64,000 nt of DNA from Dictyostelium discoideum (GCA_000004695.1 CM000155.2:3392001-3456000); one strand, 5' to 3'. Shown: positions 27,922 to 39,872, numbered from the stretch's first letter. Notes: a model not told the origin generated them from the letters alone. Numbers and translations are program-made.

Positions 27922-29439
27922 ATGAAAAGAATTAGTATTTTAAGATTACTAAGAAATAATAAAAATATAAATGGAGTAATAAATTATAAACCAACAACAA
28001 TAACACTATCATCATCAATCATAACAACAACAACACAACGATCATTGTCATTAAAATTTAACAATGAAAATAGATTTTATAGTAGTAGTAAAGCTCTATT
28101 AAATGGTAACATTGTAAATAATGAAATTTCTAAATCAATTGAAAAAGTTAATGATCCAAATTCTTTTGAATATGTTTTAAGTGGTTTTTATGAATCAAGA
28201 AAATTTGAAAAAGCAATTAAATATTTTGAAGAAATTAGGGAAAATAATGACCAATTTAAACCAAATAAACTTATAGTAACTAAAATAATGAAATGTTATG
28301 CAAAATGTAATAAAATGGAGAAATGTTTAGAATTGTATAATGAAAATCAACAAGATTTCGATATAATAATGGGTTTAGTTTTAATTAAAGGTTATTTAGA
28401 TCAATCAAATTTCGAAGAAGCAATGAAATGGTTTGAAAAATGTCAACAATTAAATATGGATAATATTCGTCACTACACTGTCATTATTGGAAAACTCTCA
28501 AAATCTGGTCAATTCTCTATTATCGATATGATGTTGGATCAAATTAAAATTAAAAATTTAAAATTTGATACTCATCTCTACACAATCCTCTTTACTGGTT
28601 TACAATCTTTCATAGGTAATGGTCATCTTGACCGTACTTTAAAATTATATGAACAATTAATGAACGATTTAAAAACAGCATCAACAACAACAACAACAAC
28701 AGATTTAAAAATGGATAGTAAATTATTTAAAGAATTAGTTGAATGTTTATTTTATAAAAAGCTATATAAATCAGTTGTAGGATTATATGAAAAGTTTAAA
28801 AATTCAAATATTGATTTTTCACTTATTTTACCAAAAATTTTAACATCATATAATTATGATTATCCAAATTCTCCAAATGATGTAATTCAACTTTGGTCAA
28901 AAATTAAAAAACCATCACCAGGGAGTTATGCTTGTTATTTCCATTTTTTAAATAACTGTAATGAATTTAACTATTTCCCAAATTATAAATTTAATATAAT
29001 TGATATTGTTGAAAAAGAATTAACATTGAATAAGAATAATATGAACTTATTTCAAAATGATATTTTCATTGTAAATCAAATTATTAGATATCATATTATA
29101 GATAATGATTTCTCATCGGCTTGGTCAATTTTCCAATATACACTTTCAAATTCAATTGCTGATGTTTTTTCATTTTTTTATATTTTAAAATATCTTACAA
29201 ATCATTCAACTAATCCAATAGTTTATAATAATTTAAAAGAAATCCTAACAAGTAGTTATTATATTAATCTAACAAAACAATATTCAGATTATAAAAAAGT
29301 AATTTGGATTCCAATTTTAAAACGTTTAAATTCATCTGAAGAATTTAAACCACAATTACAACAAACTATTAAATTATTAGAATCTCATACTTCTGAATCT
29401 TTAATTTTTTATAATAAAGCTTTAGGTAGAAATAACTAA
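27922..29439 (+). CDS. Pentatricopeptide/TPR-like helical-repeat protein, probably mitochondrial
   Basis: N-terminus MKRISILRLLRNNKNING (basic, presequence-like). Tandem ~35-aa helical repeats (VTKIMKCYAKCNKMEKCLELYNEN; YTVIIGKLSKSGQFSIIDMMLDQIKIKNLKFDTHLYTILFTGL). Confidence 0.5.
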   Translation: MKRISILRLLRNNKNINGVINYKPTTITLSSSIITTTTQRSLSLKFNNENRFYSSSKALLNGNIVNNEISKSIEKVNDPNSFEYVLSGFYESRKFEKAIKYFEEIRENNDQFKPNKLIVTKIMKCYAKCNKMEKCLELYNENQQDFDIIMGLVLIKGYLDQSNFEEAMKWFEKCQQLNMDNIRHYTVIIGKLSKSGQFSIIDMMLDQIKIKNLKFDTHLYTILFTGLQSFIGNGHLDRTLKLYEQLMNDLKTASTTTTTTDLKMDSKLFKELVECLFYKKLYKSVVGLYEKFKNSNIDFSLILPKILTSYNYDYPNSPNDVIQLWSKIKKPSPGSYACYFHFLNNCNEFNYFPNYKFNIIDIVEKELTLNKNNMNLFQNDIFIVNQIIRYHIIDNDFSSAWSIFQYTLSNSIADVFSFFYILKYLTNHSTNPIVYNNLKEILTSSYYINLTKQYSDYKKVIWIPILKRLNSSEEFKPQLQQTIKLLESHTSESLIFYNKALGRNN

Positions 29440-29823
29440 AATTAATTAAAACAAAAAAAAAATAAAAAAATAAAAATAAAAGTAAAATTAAAATAAAATA
29501 AATAATTTAAAGGTATATAAATTAAAAAAATAAAAAAAATAATCGGGTATTTTCTTTTTTAGTAATTTTTTTGATTTATAAATTACTATTTTTGGATTAT
29601 TTAGTTCTTTTTTAAAATTTTAAGAATTTTATTATATTTTTTTTTTACTTTTATATTTTCCAAATTTTTTTTTCCAAATTTTTTTTTTTTACTTTTATAT
29701 TTTTCATTTATCAATTTTTAAATATTTTATTTATCATTTATATATATTTATATATCCAGAATTTATTTTTTAAAAAAAAAAAAAAAAAAAAAAAATAATC
29801 AAAAAAAACAAAAAAAAAAAAAA

Positions 29824-30083
29824 ATGATTTTTTTAAATTTTTATTTTTTTGGGTTTGGGTGCAGTGTTTTCACCTTATTTTGTTTTGTTTTTTTATTTTT
29901 AAAAACATTCCAAAAAAAGATGAAAACTAAAAATATTCAAAAACCATTACCACAAAAAAGAACATCATATTTTTATTGTATAAATATAAAGAATTTAACA
30001 ACAAATGTAGATAAAATTATAACAATATATCCACAAAATTGTGATTGTACTTGTAATTGTTCATTCCCTTTCTCTCAAACTAG

Positions 30084-30141
<58 letters not shown>

Positions 30142-31548
30142 AATACTACAACAAAAACAACAACAAGATCAACATCAAAATCGACATCAACATCAACATC
30201 AGCAACAACACCAATATTTCAATTAGAAGGTAGTGGTGAATGTACATGTAGTTGTAATTGTGAAAATAATAATAATAATCAAATAATAACAGGTAAAAAT
30301 AATAATGAATTAATATTTAAATATTTTAAATTTAAATGTTGTTTATGTCTATGCCATAATAGAGAATTTTATTTAAAAATTATTCAATTAAAATCATCAA
30401 CTACATTATTAGATAAATGTTTTATTGAAGAGTATAATACTTTTACAAAAGTAGTAACTTCAAATAGTAATAATAATAATAATGATGAGGAAGAAGAAAA
30501 AGAAGAAGAAGAAGAAGAAGAAGATATAAGAATTTATTTTAATAATTTAAATAATAATGAATTTATTATTAATGATTATAGTAGTGAAATATTTTTAAGT
30601 ATACAACAAAATAATAAAATTATAAAATATCATTTATGTATTGACGAATTACCATTGAATAAATTTAAGAATTTTCAATTTTATAAGAATAAATTAAGTT
30701 CTAAACCAGATGGTGATCGTATTGATGCAATTCATGCAGAATGGTATAACAATTTAAATAAATTAGAATATCATCATGGTTATGTTCAATGGTTATTCCC
30801 ATTATATGCAAACAATGGTATGAATTATCAAGCATATGCATTGGATAGGATTGAATCGAAATTATTTAGAAATGATATTGATATTGCAAAGAGAATCATT
30901 AAATCCTATGAATTAATGTTAAATTTCTATGGTATTAGATTAGTTAATAAACATACTGGTCAATTGGAAAGATCAAAAGATTTACAGCATTCAAAGAAAC
31001 AATTCAATAATTTATCAAATAATTCTCATAATAATTTACGTATTAGTAGAATCATCACTTTCTTAGGTTTAGTTGGTTTTAAAAGATATAAAAAACCTTT
31101 AGTAGATTTCTTAAAATATCATATTAATAATGGTAATTTATCAATTTCAAAATATAGTATAAAAAATTATTGGGAACCTTTAATTGATTATTCAAAATCA
31201 AATTCAAAATGGTAAATACTAAAAATAAAAAAATAAAAAAATAAAAAAATAAAAATAAAAATAAATAACTTTTTATTAATATCTAAATTTATTTTAAGGT
31301 ATTTTGAAAATACATTAGAGAATGATAATGATAATGAAGAATCAATTTATTTTCATTATATTCATGATATTGAAAGAGCAGAGAATCAAGAGAAACAAAA
31401 GAATGAAGAGAAAGATAAAACAGAGAGTGTAGAGGAAGAATATGATATAAATGACGATGATGATGATGGGACAGATATTGAAGATTGTAGTAAAAAAATT
31501 TTTAATGATAAATATAGTTTACATCAAAATAATTATTTATATAATTAG
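29824..31548 (+). CDS. Opioid-growth-factor-receptor (OGFr) conserved-region family protein, 2 exons (intron 31212..31298)
   Basis: The core YHHGYVQWLFPLYANNGMNYQAYALDRIESKLFRNDIDIAKRIIKSYELMLNFYGIRL matches the OGFr N-terminal conserved region. Cys-rich CxCxC motifs plus poly-Q and acidic tracts. The terminal exon after a GTAAAT donor encodes WYFENTLENDNDNEESIYFHYIHDIE...*. The true start may be the internal Met near 29920. Confidence 0.55.
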
Positions 31549-32112
31549 ATATAGGTGAGAGGGTTGGGGGTTGGAGGATATGTTTAATTATTTTATTTTA
31601 TTTTTTCTAAACATATGACTACACATTTGTAAAAAAAATAAAAATAAAAGAAAAAAAGATTAATAAATAAATAATTAAAAAAAAAAAAAAAAAAATGAAT
31701 TTTCTTCTCTTTCTTTTTCATTTTTATAAAAAAAAAAAGTAATTCCATAAAGAATATATATATTTTTTTTTTTTTAAAAAAAAATCTCCTTAAAAACAAA
31801 AAGTAAGTTAATACTAATCAAGATATTTCATTATTTGTTCAAAATATTTTAAATTCCTATAAAAGGTAATAAAATTAGGAAATAAATAATTAACAAAAAA
31901 AATAATAAATTTTATTTATTTTAAAATATTTTTTTTTTTTATTTCTTTTATTTGTTAAAATACATTTTTTCATCATTTTAAAATAGTGGTTGGGGTTACC
32001 ACATGAGGAAAATAAAAAATAGATTTAAAGTGCATAAACATAATACTAATTTATTAGGGAAAAACAAAAAACAAATAAAAATAACAACTATATTCGTTAT
32101 TTAATTTTTTCT

Positions 32113-32159
<47 letters not shown>

Positions 32160-32367
32160 GGTTAATTAAAAAATAATAATAAAAAAAAAAAATTTGTGTT
32201 AATTGACACAAATTTTTTTTTTTTATTATTATTATTTTAACTAAAAAAAAGTAAGTATAAGAAAATAAAAATAAATTTCTATTTCTATTATACTTTTTTT
32301 TTTTATTAATTAAAAAAAACCTATCAAGTTATTAATATTAGAATTTGTTTTAGGGAAAAAAAAAAAG

Positions 32368-33363
32368 ATGGAATGTTCGGAATCTTTAGAATTAGTTGAT
32401 AAGTTTGCATGTGGTCATATTTTATCTAGAATGTTTAATGTTGTTATGAAACATTCAATTTGTGATTTATTAGAAGATGGACCAAAACATTATTCAGAGA
32501 TTTCAAAAATTATTGGATTTAAAGATGATTCTTATTGTTATAGATTAATGAGATATTTTGTACCTCGTAAATTATTTAAAGAAAGTGTCGTTCAAGTTGG
32601 AGTATTTTCAAAAACACCATTTAGTACTGAATTTTCAAATAATGGAACATTGAAAAAACTTGCAAAATTTCATTGTAATAGTTTCCATTATAAGCTATCA
32701 CAAGTTTTACCAGAAACTTTAGAAATTGGTGAAAATCAAGGACCTTCATCAATAGGATTATCAGATTATTGGGAACAAATTGAAAAGAATGAAATCTATA
32801 AAAATGAATTTAATGATGGTATGATTGGTTATACAACACATATTTTAAAATTTTTAAAAGGTAAAATTGATTTATCAAAATTTGAAACAGTGGTTGATAT
32901 TGGTGGTAGTCATGGTTATTTAATTGGAAGTTTATTAGATAGGTACCCAAATGTTAATGGAATTAATTTCGATACTGATATGGTTATTAATTCAAGTAAT
33001 GAGAAATACCAACATCCAAGATTAAAACATGTTGCTGGTGATTTCTTTAAATCTGTACCAGAAGCTGATTGTTACTTAATGAAACTCATTCTTCGTTGTT
33101 TTTCTGATGAAAAATGTTGTGAACTTTTAAAAATAATTTCAAAATCAATGAAATCAAATGCTAAAATAATCATTTTAGATATTATTTTAGATAGTTCAAA
33201 ATATTTAAATTTTGATACTTATTTAGATATTTTAATGATGGAAACACTTGATGGAAAACAAAGATCTTTAAGTGAATGGATAAAATTATTTGAAATGTCT
33301 GGTTTTAAAATTGATAAATATGAAAGTGGTTCTCCAAATTATTTAATAATTTCAAAGGAATAA
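32368..33363 (+). CDS. Class I SAM-dependent O-methyltransferase (COMT/plant-type OMT family), paralogue 1
   Basis: VVDIGGSHGYLIGSLLDRYPNVNGINFD (SAM-binding VDVGGGxG-like), HVAGDFF, LDIILD. About 55% identical to the neighbouring OMT. Carries LILRCFSDE in place of LHDWSDE (see findings). Confidence 0.85.
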   Translation: MECSESLELVDKFACGHILSRMFNVVMKHSICDLLEDGPKHYSEISKIIGFKDDSYCYRLMRYFVPRKLFKESVVQVGVFSKTPFSTEFSNNGTLKKLAKFHCNSFHYKLSQVLPETLEIGENQGPSSIGLSDYWEQIEKNEIYKNEFNDGMIGYTTHILKFLKGKIDLSKFETVVDIGGSHGYLIGSLLDRYPNVNGINFDTDMVINSSNEKYQHPRLKHVAGDFFKSVPEADCYLMKLILRCFSDEKCCELLKIISKSMKSNAKIIILDIILDSSKYLNFDTYLDILMMETLDGKQRSLSEWIKLFEMSGFKIDKYESGSPNYLIISKE

Positions 33364-33405
33364 TTTTTTTTTCAACTAATAATTATAGAATTCATCACTC
33401 CCCAC

Positions 33406-33439
<34 letters not shown>

Positions 33440-34308
33440 ATAAAATAAAAAAAAGAATGTGGAATAAAATAAAAAAAAATAAAAAAATAATAATAGTTTT
33501 ATTAAACTATAATTTATAAAATTTTATAAGAAAAAAAAAAAAAAAAAAATTTACTCAATTTTTAAAAGTTGTTTTTTTTTTTTGGTAAAAGATTAATTTT
33601 TTTTTTTTTTTTTTTTTATAATTTTAAAAAAATGGTGAAAATATTCAAAAAATGAACCTTTTTTATTAGTTATTGTAATTTTTAATTAAATGATCATTTT
33701 TAAAGAAAAACAATATTTGTTTTTTTTTTTTTTTTAATTTTAAAAAGATTTAGTAGATAATTGTTCACCCAAATTCACATTAGATTGAAAAAATTCTGAT
33801 TTTATAAAGTAGTTGGTATATATTATTAAATCAATGTTTAAATATCGATTTATTTTTAAATGGGTTTAAAAAATCTTTTATTTTTTTGTTTTTCATTTTT
33901 TTTAAAAACCGTCTTAAATTATTAAAAATAATTAAATTTAATTAAATTATAACCCCATTATCAAAAAAAAAAATCTAAAATTGGAAATTTTCAAAAAATG
34001 ATAATAAAATGTTTACCTTTAGTCGTCATTTATTAGCTTTTTCTTTTTTATTTTTTTAAAAATAAATAAATCAAAAAATCTTTTTATTATAATTATCATA
34101 AGATTTATGATAATTTTTATATTTTATTTTTATATTTTATAATTATTTTTTTTTATTTTTTTTATTTTCACATTTAAATTAAATTTTTTTTTTTTTTTTT
34201 TTTTTAAAAAAAAAAGTAAAACCCTTTAAAAATAAATAAAAAAAAAAAAAAAAAAAAAAACTAATCAAAAAAAAAAAAAGGCAAATACTAAAAAAAAAAA
34301 AAAAAAAA

Positions 34309-35418
34309 ATGTCAGATTGGGATAAAACTATGGATTTATTATTTGGATTTGTTACTGGTCATATTCATTCTAGAATGTTTGAAACAATATTAAAATTTTC
34401 AATTTGTGATTTATTAGAAGATGGACCAAAACATTATTCAGAGATTTCAAAAATTATTGGATTTAAGAATGAATCCTATTGTTATAGACTAATGAGATAT
34501 TTTGTACCATATAAATTATTTAATGAAAGTGTTGTTCAAGTTGGACTATTTTCAAAAACACCATCAAGTACACAATTTTCAAAGAATGGAACATTGAAAA
34601 ATTTAGGAAGATTTCATTGTCAAGATCATCATTATAGAATATTTGAAAGTTTACCAAAAACTTTAGAAATGGGTAAAAATCAAGGACCTTCCTCGATTGG
34701 ATTATCAAGTTTTTGGGAACACTTTGAAACTGATGAATCCTATAAACAATTATTTCACAATGCTATGAAAGACTATACTTCATTAATTATTGATAGATTA
34801 ATATCAAAGATTAGCTTATCACCAAATTTTAAAACTGTAGTTGATATTGGTGGTAGTCATGGTTTTTTAATTGGTAAACTTTTAGAATCAAATCCAAATA
34901 TTCATGGTATTAATTTCGATTTAGAAAATATTATAAATAGTTCAACAAGTAAAAATGAGAATTTTCAACATCCAAGATTAAAACATGTTTCAGGTGATTT
35001 CTTTAATTCAGTACCAGAAGCTGATTGTTACATTTTGAAATATATACTTCATGATTGGTCCGATGAAAAATGTATTACCATTTTAAATAATATTCATAAA
35101 TCTTTAAAACCAAATGGTAAATTATTCATTAATGATTTAGTACTTGATCCATCAAATTATACAAAAGAAGCTGTTTTTAAAGATATTCTAATGATGCAAT
35201 ATTTTGATGCTAAAGAAAGAAGTATTAATGAATGGCATCAATTATTTGAAAAATGTGGTTTTAAAATTGATTCAGTTGATACTTCAATTTCACCACAATT
35301 AATGATTGTTTCAAAAATCAATTCTTCAAATATTAATTTAAATGATTGTACAAATTTTAATTCTGAAATTGTTGAAGAAAAATTAAAAAATTCATTACCT
35401 CAATTTGTAAATTGTTAA
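34309..35418 (+). CDS. Class I SAM-dependent O-methyltransferase (COMT/plant-type OMT family), paralogue 2
   Basis: VVDIGGSHGFLIGKLLESNPNIHGINFD, HVSGDFF, ILKYILHDWSDEKCITILNNIHKSLKPNGKLFINDLVLD (canonical catalytic His in HDW). Confidence 0.85.
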   Translation: MSDWDKTMDLLFGFVTGHIHSRMFETILKFSICDLLEDGPKHYSEISKIIGFKNESYCYRLMRYFVPYKLFNESVVQVGLFSKTPSSTQFSKNGTLKNLGRFHCQDHHYRIFESLPKTLEMGKNQGPSSIGLSSFWEHFETDESYKQLFHNAMKDYTSLIIDRLISKISLSPNFKTVVDIGGSHGFLIGKLLESNPNIHGINFDLENIINSSTSKNENFQHPRLKHVSGDFFNSVPEADCYILKYILHDWSDEKCITILNNIHKSLKPNGKLFINDLVLDPSNYTKEAVFKDILMMQYFDAKERSINEWHQLFEKCGFKIDSVDTSISPQLMIVSKINSSNINLNDCTNFNSEIVEEKLKNSLPQFVNC

Positions 35419-35574
35419 AAAAAAAATAAATTATAAAAAAAAAAAAAGATATTAAATAACCAACACCCTGGTCATTTTTATTTTTTTTTTCTTTTTTTTT
35501 AAATTTCATAATCATTTTTTTTTTTTTTTAATTATTATTAAATTAAATTAAATTTAGAAAAAAAAAAATAAAGT

Positions 35575-36498
35575 ATGATACCAAAATTTTTAACAATTTT
35601 AATTATTTAAATATTAATTTTAAATGTTTTTTCAAATACAATAAATAAAAATAATATTAATTTAAATTTTAAAAAAAAATTAAAACTAAAATTATCTTCA
35701 AATTTATTAAATGTTCATATAGTACCACATACACATGAAGTAAATATTTTTTTTTTTAATTTTTAATAAATTTTTAAAAAAAACAAATTTTAATTTATTT
35801 TTTCATTTGATTAAAAAAAAAAGGATGTTGGATGTGTAAAAACAGTTGATGAATATTATTATGGTAGTAATATGACAATAACATTTAAAGCAGTACAATA
35901 TGTATTGGATAATGTTATTCAATGTTTATTATCAAATCTTGATAGAAAATTTATATATGTAGAGATAGCATAATTTGAAATGTGGTGGAATGAACAAACT
36001 GATTCAATGAAACAAAAAGTTAAATCATTAGTAGAGAGAGGTCAACTTGAATTTATAAATGGGGATATTGTATAATGAAGGTACAACTTATTATCATGAT
36101 ATAATCGATCAAATGACATTAGGTCACCAATTCCTATGGGAAACATTCCAATTTATACCAAAGATTGGTTGGCATATTGATCCATTTGGACATAGTTGTG
36201 ATTTTTGTTATTTAAATGCACAAATGAATTTTAAAAATATTGATAAATTAATTGATTATATAAATTCATCACCTGAAAATTTTGGTTTAAATTTATTATA
36301 TTCAACTCTCTCAATTTATATAGATGCTGTAAATGATACAAATTTAATTTGGGATATTAAAACTGATGATTTCTTTCCATATGCTGATAATTATTATAGT
36401 TTTTGGACTGGTTATTATACAAGCCATCCTTCATTAAAAGGTTATATTCGTCAATCTAGTTCATTACTTCATTCAGTAGATCAATTATTAGTTACAAC

Positions 36499-36535
<37 letters not shown>

Positions 36536-36721
36536 TTAAAAGAATATCAATTATTAATTAATAGTTTAGAACCATTAAGAAAAGCAATGGCAATTGTTCA
36601 ACATCATGATGCAATTTCAGGTACTGAAGCTGAATTTGTAGTTAGTGATTATATTAATAGACTTTCAATTGGTACTAATTTATCATTTAAAATTTTAAAT
36701 AATTTAATTGGTAATTTATTA

Positions 36722-36820
<99 letters not shown>

Positions 36821-37093
36821 TATAATTATAATAATGATAATGAAAATTTGAATAATGAATTAATAATTTTAGAGAATAAATTAATTTTAATAAGATTTAA
36901 TAAAAGTGATGGATCAATAATTTCAATTAAAAATAAAACATCAAGTTTAGTTTTAGAAATTTCTCAAGAGTATATGTATTATATTTCTTCAACTGGTGAT
37001 ATTGAAAGTAGACAAAAAAGTGGTGCATATATATTTAGACCATGGATTGATAATATGTCATTACCATATGGTGGTTTTTTTTTTAATCTTTAA
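35575..37093 (+). pseudogene. Glycosyl hydrolase family 38 (alpha-mannosidase) pseudogene or truncated paralogue
   Basis: GH38 signatures VHIVPHTHEDVGC... and GWHIDPFGHS appear in different frames. In-frame TAA (YVEIA*FEMWW), at least 2 frameshifts around FINGG / GYCIM / NEGTTYYHD, long (AAT)n insertions. The ORF stops after ~340 aa, whereas GH38 enzymes are ~1000 aa. Confidence 0.5.
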
Positions 37094-37584
37094 ACAATAA
37101 AATATTTGTTTAAAAATAGTTTTTTTTTATATTTTAGGTTAAAAAAATTGTTTTAAAAAAAAATTTTAGTTAATTCAACCATGTTTTTTTAGTGTAAAAT
37201 ACTGGACAAACAACCAATGGTTGTGGCCATAAATTTTTTTTTTTTTTTTTTTTTTTTAAGACTTTTTTATTTTAAGAATTCTTGATAATTCAAAATCCAA
37301 AGGCCCCATTTATAATAATAATTAATATAACAAGTAATCATTTATGAATAAAAAATATCACAAGTCAAAAAGAAAAATATAATGGGGGGAGTTTATGTTT
37401 TTTGATATAAAAAAAAATAAAAATGAAAAAACAAAAAGTATGATTTTAAAAAATAAAATTAAAAAATTATTTGTTTTTTTATTCTTTTATTAAAAAAAAA
37501 AAACTATAAATTGTAACCAAATTAGAAAAAAAAAAATATTAAATCAAACTCTAATTTTTAAATAAGAAACTATTAAAATTTTAA

Positions 37585-37880
37585 AATGACCCTATTTTGT
37601 AAGTTTTTTCCTAAAAAAAAAAAAAATTATTTAAATTTATTATTTTATTAATAAATAATTTTTAAAAAAAGCATCATTATCATCATTAAGTACTGGTTCT
37701 TTGAAATCAAGTGTTTCATCAATTGAAACTGGTAGTTCAAGTGGTTCATTTGGTTCAAATGAAACATCGGGATGGGGTAACCACCATTGGAATAGTTGTC
37801 ATCCATGTCCACCACCACGTCCAATTTGTCGTCCATGTCCACCATGTCGTCCAGAACCAAGATGCCATTATAAATATTAA
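37585..37880 (+). CDS. Small Ser/Gly-rich, Cys/Pro-tailed protein of the hssA/2C/7E type, 2 exons (intron 37598..37671)
   Basis: ATGACCCTATTTT|GTAAGT ... aaaaaaag|CATCA gives [73 protein letters not shown] tiny first exon, an intron after codon ~4, and Ser/Gly-rich then Cys-rich composition are typical of that Dictyostelium family. Confidence 0.5.
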
Positions 37881-38564
37881 AATAGATTTTTAATAAATAA
37901 AAAAATTCCATTAAAAATAAATTTCCTATGCAATTTTATTTTTTTAAACATTATATTTTTAATTTACCCTGCAAACTTTGTTGAATTAAATGGAAAATGG
38001 ATTTAGTGGTCACAATGACACAAAAAAAAAAACGATTGTAAATATCTTTAATGGCAGTAACAATAGCTTTAATGGATAAACTATGATTAATCAATAAGTT
38101 ATTTTTTTTTTTTTTTTTTTCTTGGTTTAAAAAAAAAAAAAAAATTTTGTTGTAATAAGTTTTTTTTTTTTTGAAAATATAATATTATTTTCAAAAAAAA
38201 CCAATCTTTATTATAATATAACAATTTTGAAAGGGTGAAATTTTTTTTTTTTTTGTACAAGGTATTATATTTTGGGCAGTGACAAAAATGATATTTTAAC
38301 TTCAATACTCAAGAAAATTTTTAACTTAATATTGAAAAATTTCAAATGGTTGTTTTTGTTGTAATTTCAAATTCTTTTTTTTTTTTTTTTTTTTTTTTTA
38401 CCATAGATATTTTTTAAAAAAAAAAAAAATAAAAAAAAAAAAAAAAAAAGGAATGTGTGAGGATATTATTGCGTCTATTATTAAATTTATATAATTTTTT
38501 TTATTTTATGATTTATTTTAATTAACGAACGTTTACCGGTAAAAAATACTTTGGTTTTCATCAG

Positions 38565-38646
38565 CCGGCTTTGGCGCAATGGTAGCGCGATTGACTGTAG
38601 TTTTGTAGTAATCAATCGGTTGCTAGTTCGAATCTGGCAAGCCGGA
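38565..38646 (+). tRNA. tRNA-Tyr (anticodon GTA) with ~10-nt intron (38601..38610)
   Basis: CCGGCTT-TG-GCGC-AATGGTA-GCGC-G-ATTGA-CTGTAG[ttttgtagta]A-TCAAT-CGGTT-GCTAG-TTCGAAT-CTGGC-AAGCCGG-A, followed by CTTTTT. C1-G72 start and intron 3' of the anticodon as in other eukaryotic tRNA-Tyr genes. Confidence 0.85.
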
Positions 38647-38736
38647 CTTTTTAATATTTAGTTTTGTTTATATTTAGTTTTGTAACACCGCTTTTAGGTA
38701 AAAAAAAAAAAAAAAAAAAAAATATTTAGTTTTGTT

Positions 38737-39597
38737 GCTTGTGATTTCCATTTGATTAGATTGTTTTTCATTTCTTGGATTAAAGTGTTGTATTTCGAAT
38801 TTTGAAAAACCGTACCGCGATCAAGAGGATACAAGATACACGTGAAAAGTAATTCATCCTTTTCTATCCTTAATCTCGGTCAATTTTAACCAATCTTTCA
38901 AAAAAATCACCAATCCACCACGATCTACAGATCTAACTTACCAAATCGCCGATTCAAAGGAATCCCATCGAGATGAATTCCTACGCAGACGCGGCTAAAA
39001 TGGCCAACCCCTCCACCCATATGGACGAGGCATCGGAGAACTTCATTAAGGAATTCTCCACAAAAACAGCAGAGATAAAGGAGACCTACCCCAAACTATC
39101 AATAGGCCTCAAAGACATCTCCAAATACTGCGAGACCATATTGAACATGACTGCGCTCTCAACCTACGAGAAGAACAACGGATTCTACCCAATTACACTC
39201 GAATTCCCCAAAATGGATCTCAAGGGGTTAGAAGAAATGAGAAAAACACTCTCAAACTACGATATCCCAATCGACAAGATATACATAGGCAAAGGAACTA
39301 GAAAAACGATCCACCTGATGATTAAAAACGAACAATCTCTCCTAAATATCATTAGAGATAGAAGCAAATTGGGAACCTTCATCACCTCCAGTAGAGACTT
39401 CCACGTCCTCACAGGAAGAGTAAGAATTCCCAGAGAAAAGGCAGGAATAGTGGACGCCCTCATCAAAACTGCCTTTGCAGAAGAAATACCCTATGCAATA
39501 TACAATACTATATACTCCACCGACCACCTCATAGTATTCGGTCTAATAGAATGCAAAATAGGCGATCAAATGAAATCTGGCCAACACNNNNNNNNNN
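38737..39597 (+). mobile_element. 5' portion of a tRNA-gene-targeted non-LTR retrotransposon (TRE3-like), truncated by an assembly gap
   Basis: Starts ~91 bp downstream of tRNA-Tyr, and TRE3-type elements integrate ~100 bp downstream of tRNA genes. It is locally GC-richer with non-host codon usage (CTC, ACC, GCC, CGC). The 14-15 bp direct repeat atatttagttttgt(t) flanks a poly(A)23 remnant just upstream (38654-38736). Confidence 0.5.
38973..39597 (+). CDS. Retroelement ORF1 (partial; runs into N-gap)
   Basis: 208-codon ORF MNSYADAAKMANPSTHMDEASENFIKEF... that stays open to the first N. Codon usage is unlike the surrounding genes. Confidence 0.45.
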
Positions 39598-39687
39598 NNN
39601 NNNNNNNNNNNNNNNNNNNNNNNNNNNNNNNNNNNNNNNNNNNNNNNNNNNNNNNNNNNNNNNNNNNNNNNNNNNNNNNNNNNNNNN
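39598..39687. other. Assembly gap (N run) followed by low-quality poly-T sequence to ~39870
   Basis: 90 consecutive N. Flanking homopolymer-heavy sequence. Confidence 0.95.
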
Positions 39688-39719
39688 TGGGGTTCCCCTT
39701 TAATTTTTTGAAAAAAATC

Positions 39720-39755
<36 letters not shown>

Positions 39756-39801
39756 TTTTAATAATTTTTTTTTAAATAAGGGGTTAAAAAAAAAAAATTT
39801 T

Positions 39802-39872
<71 letters not shown>

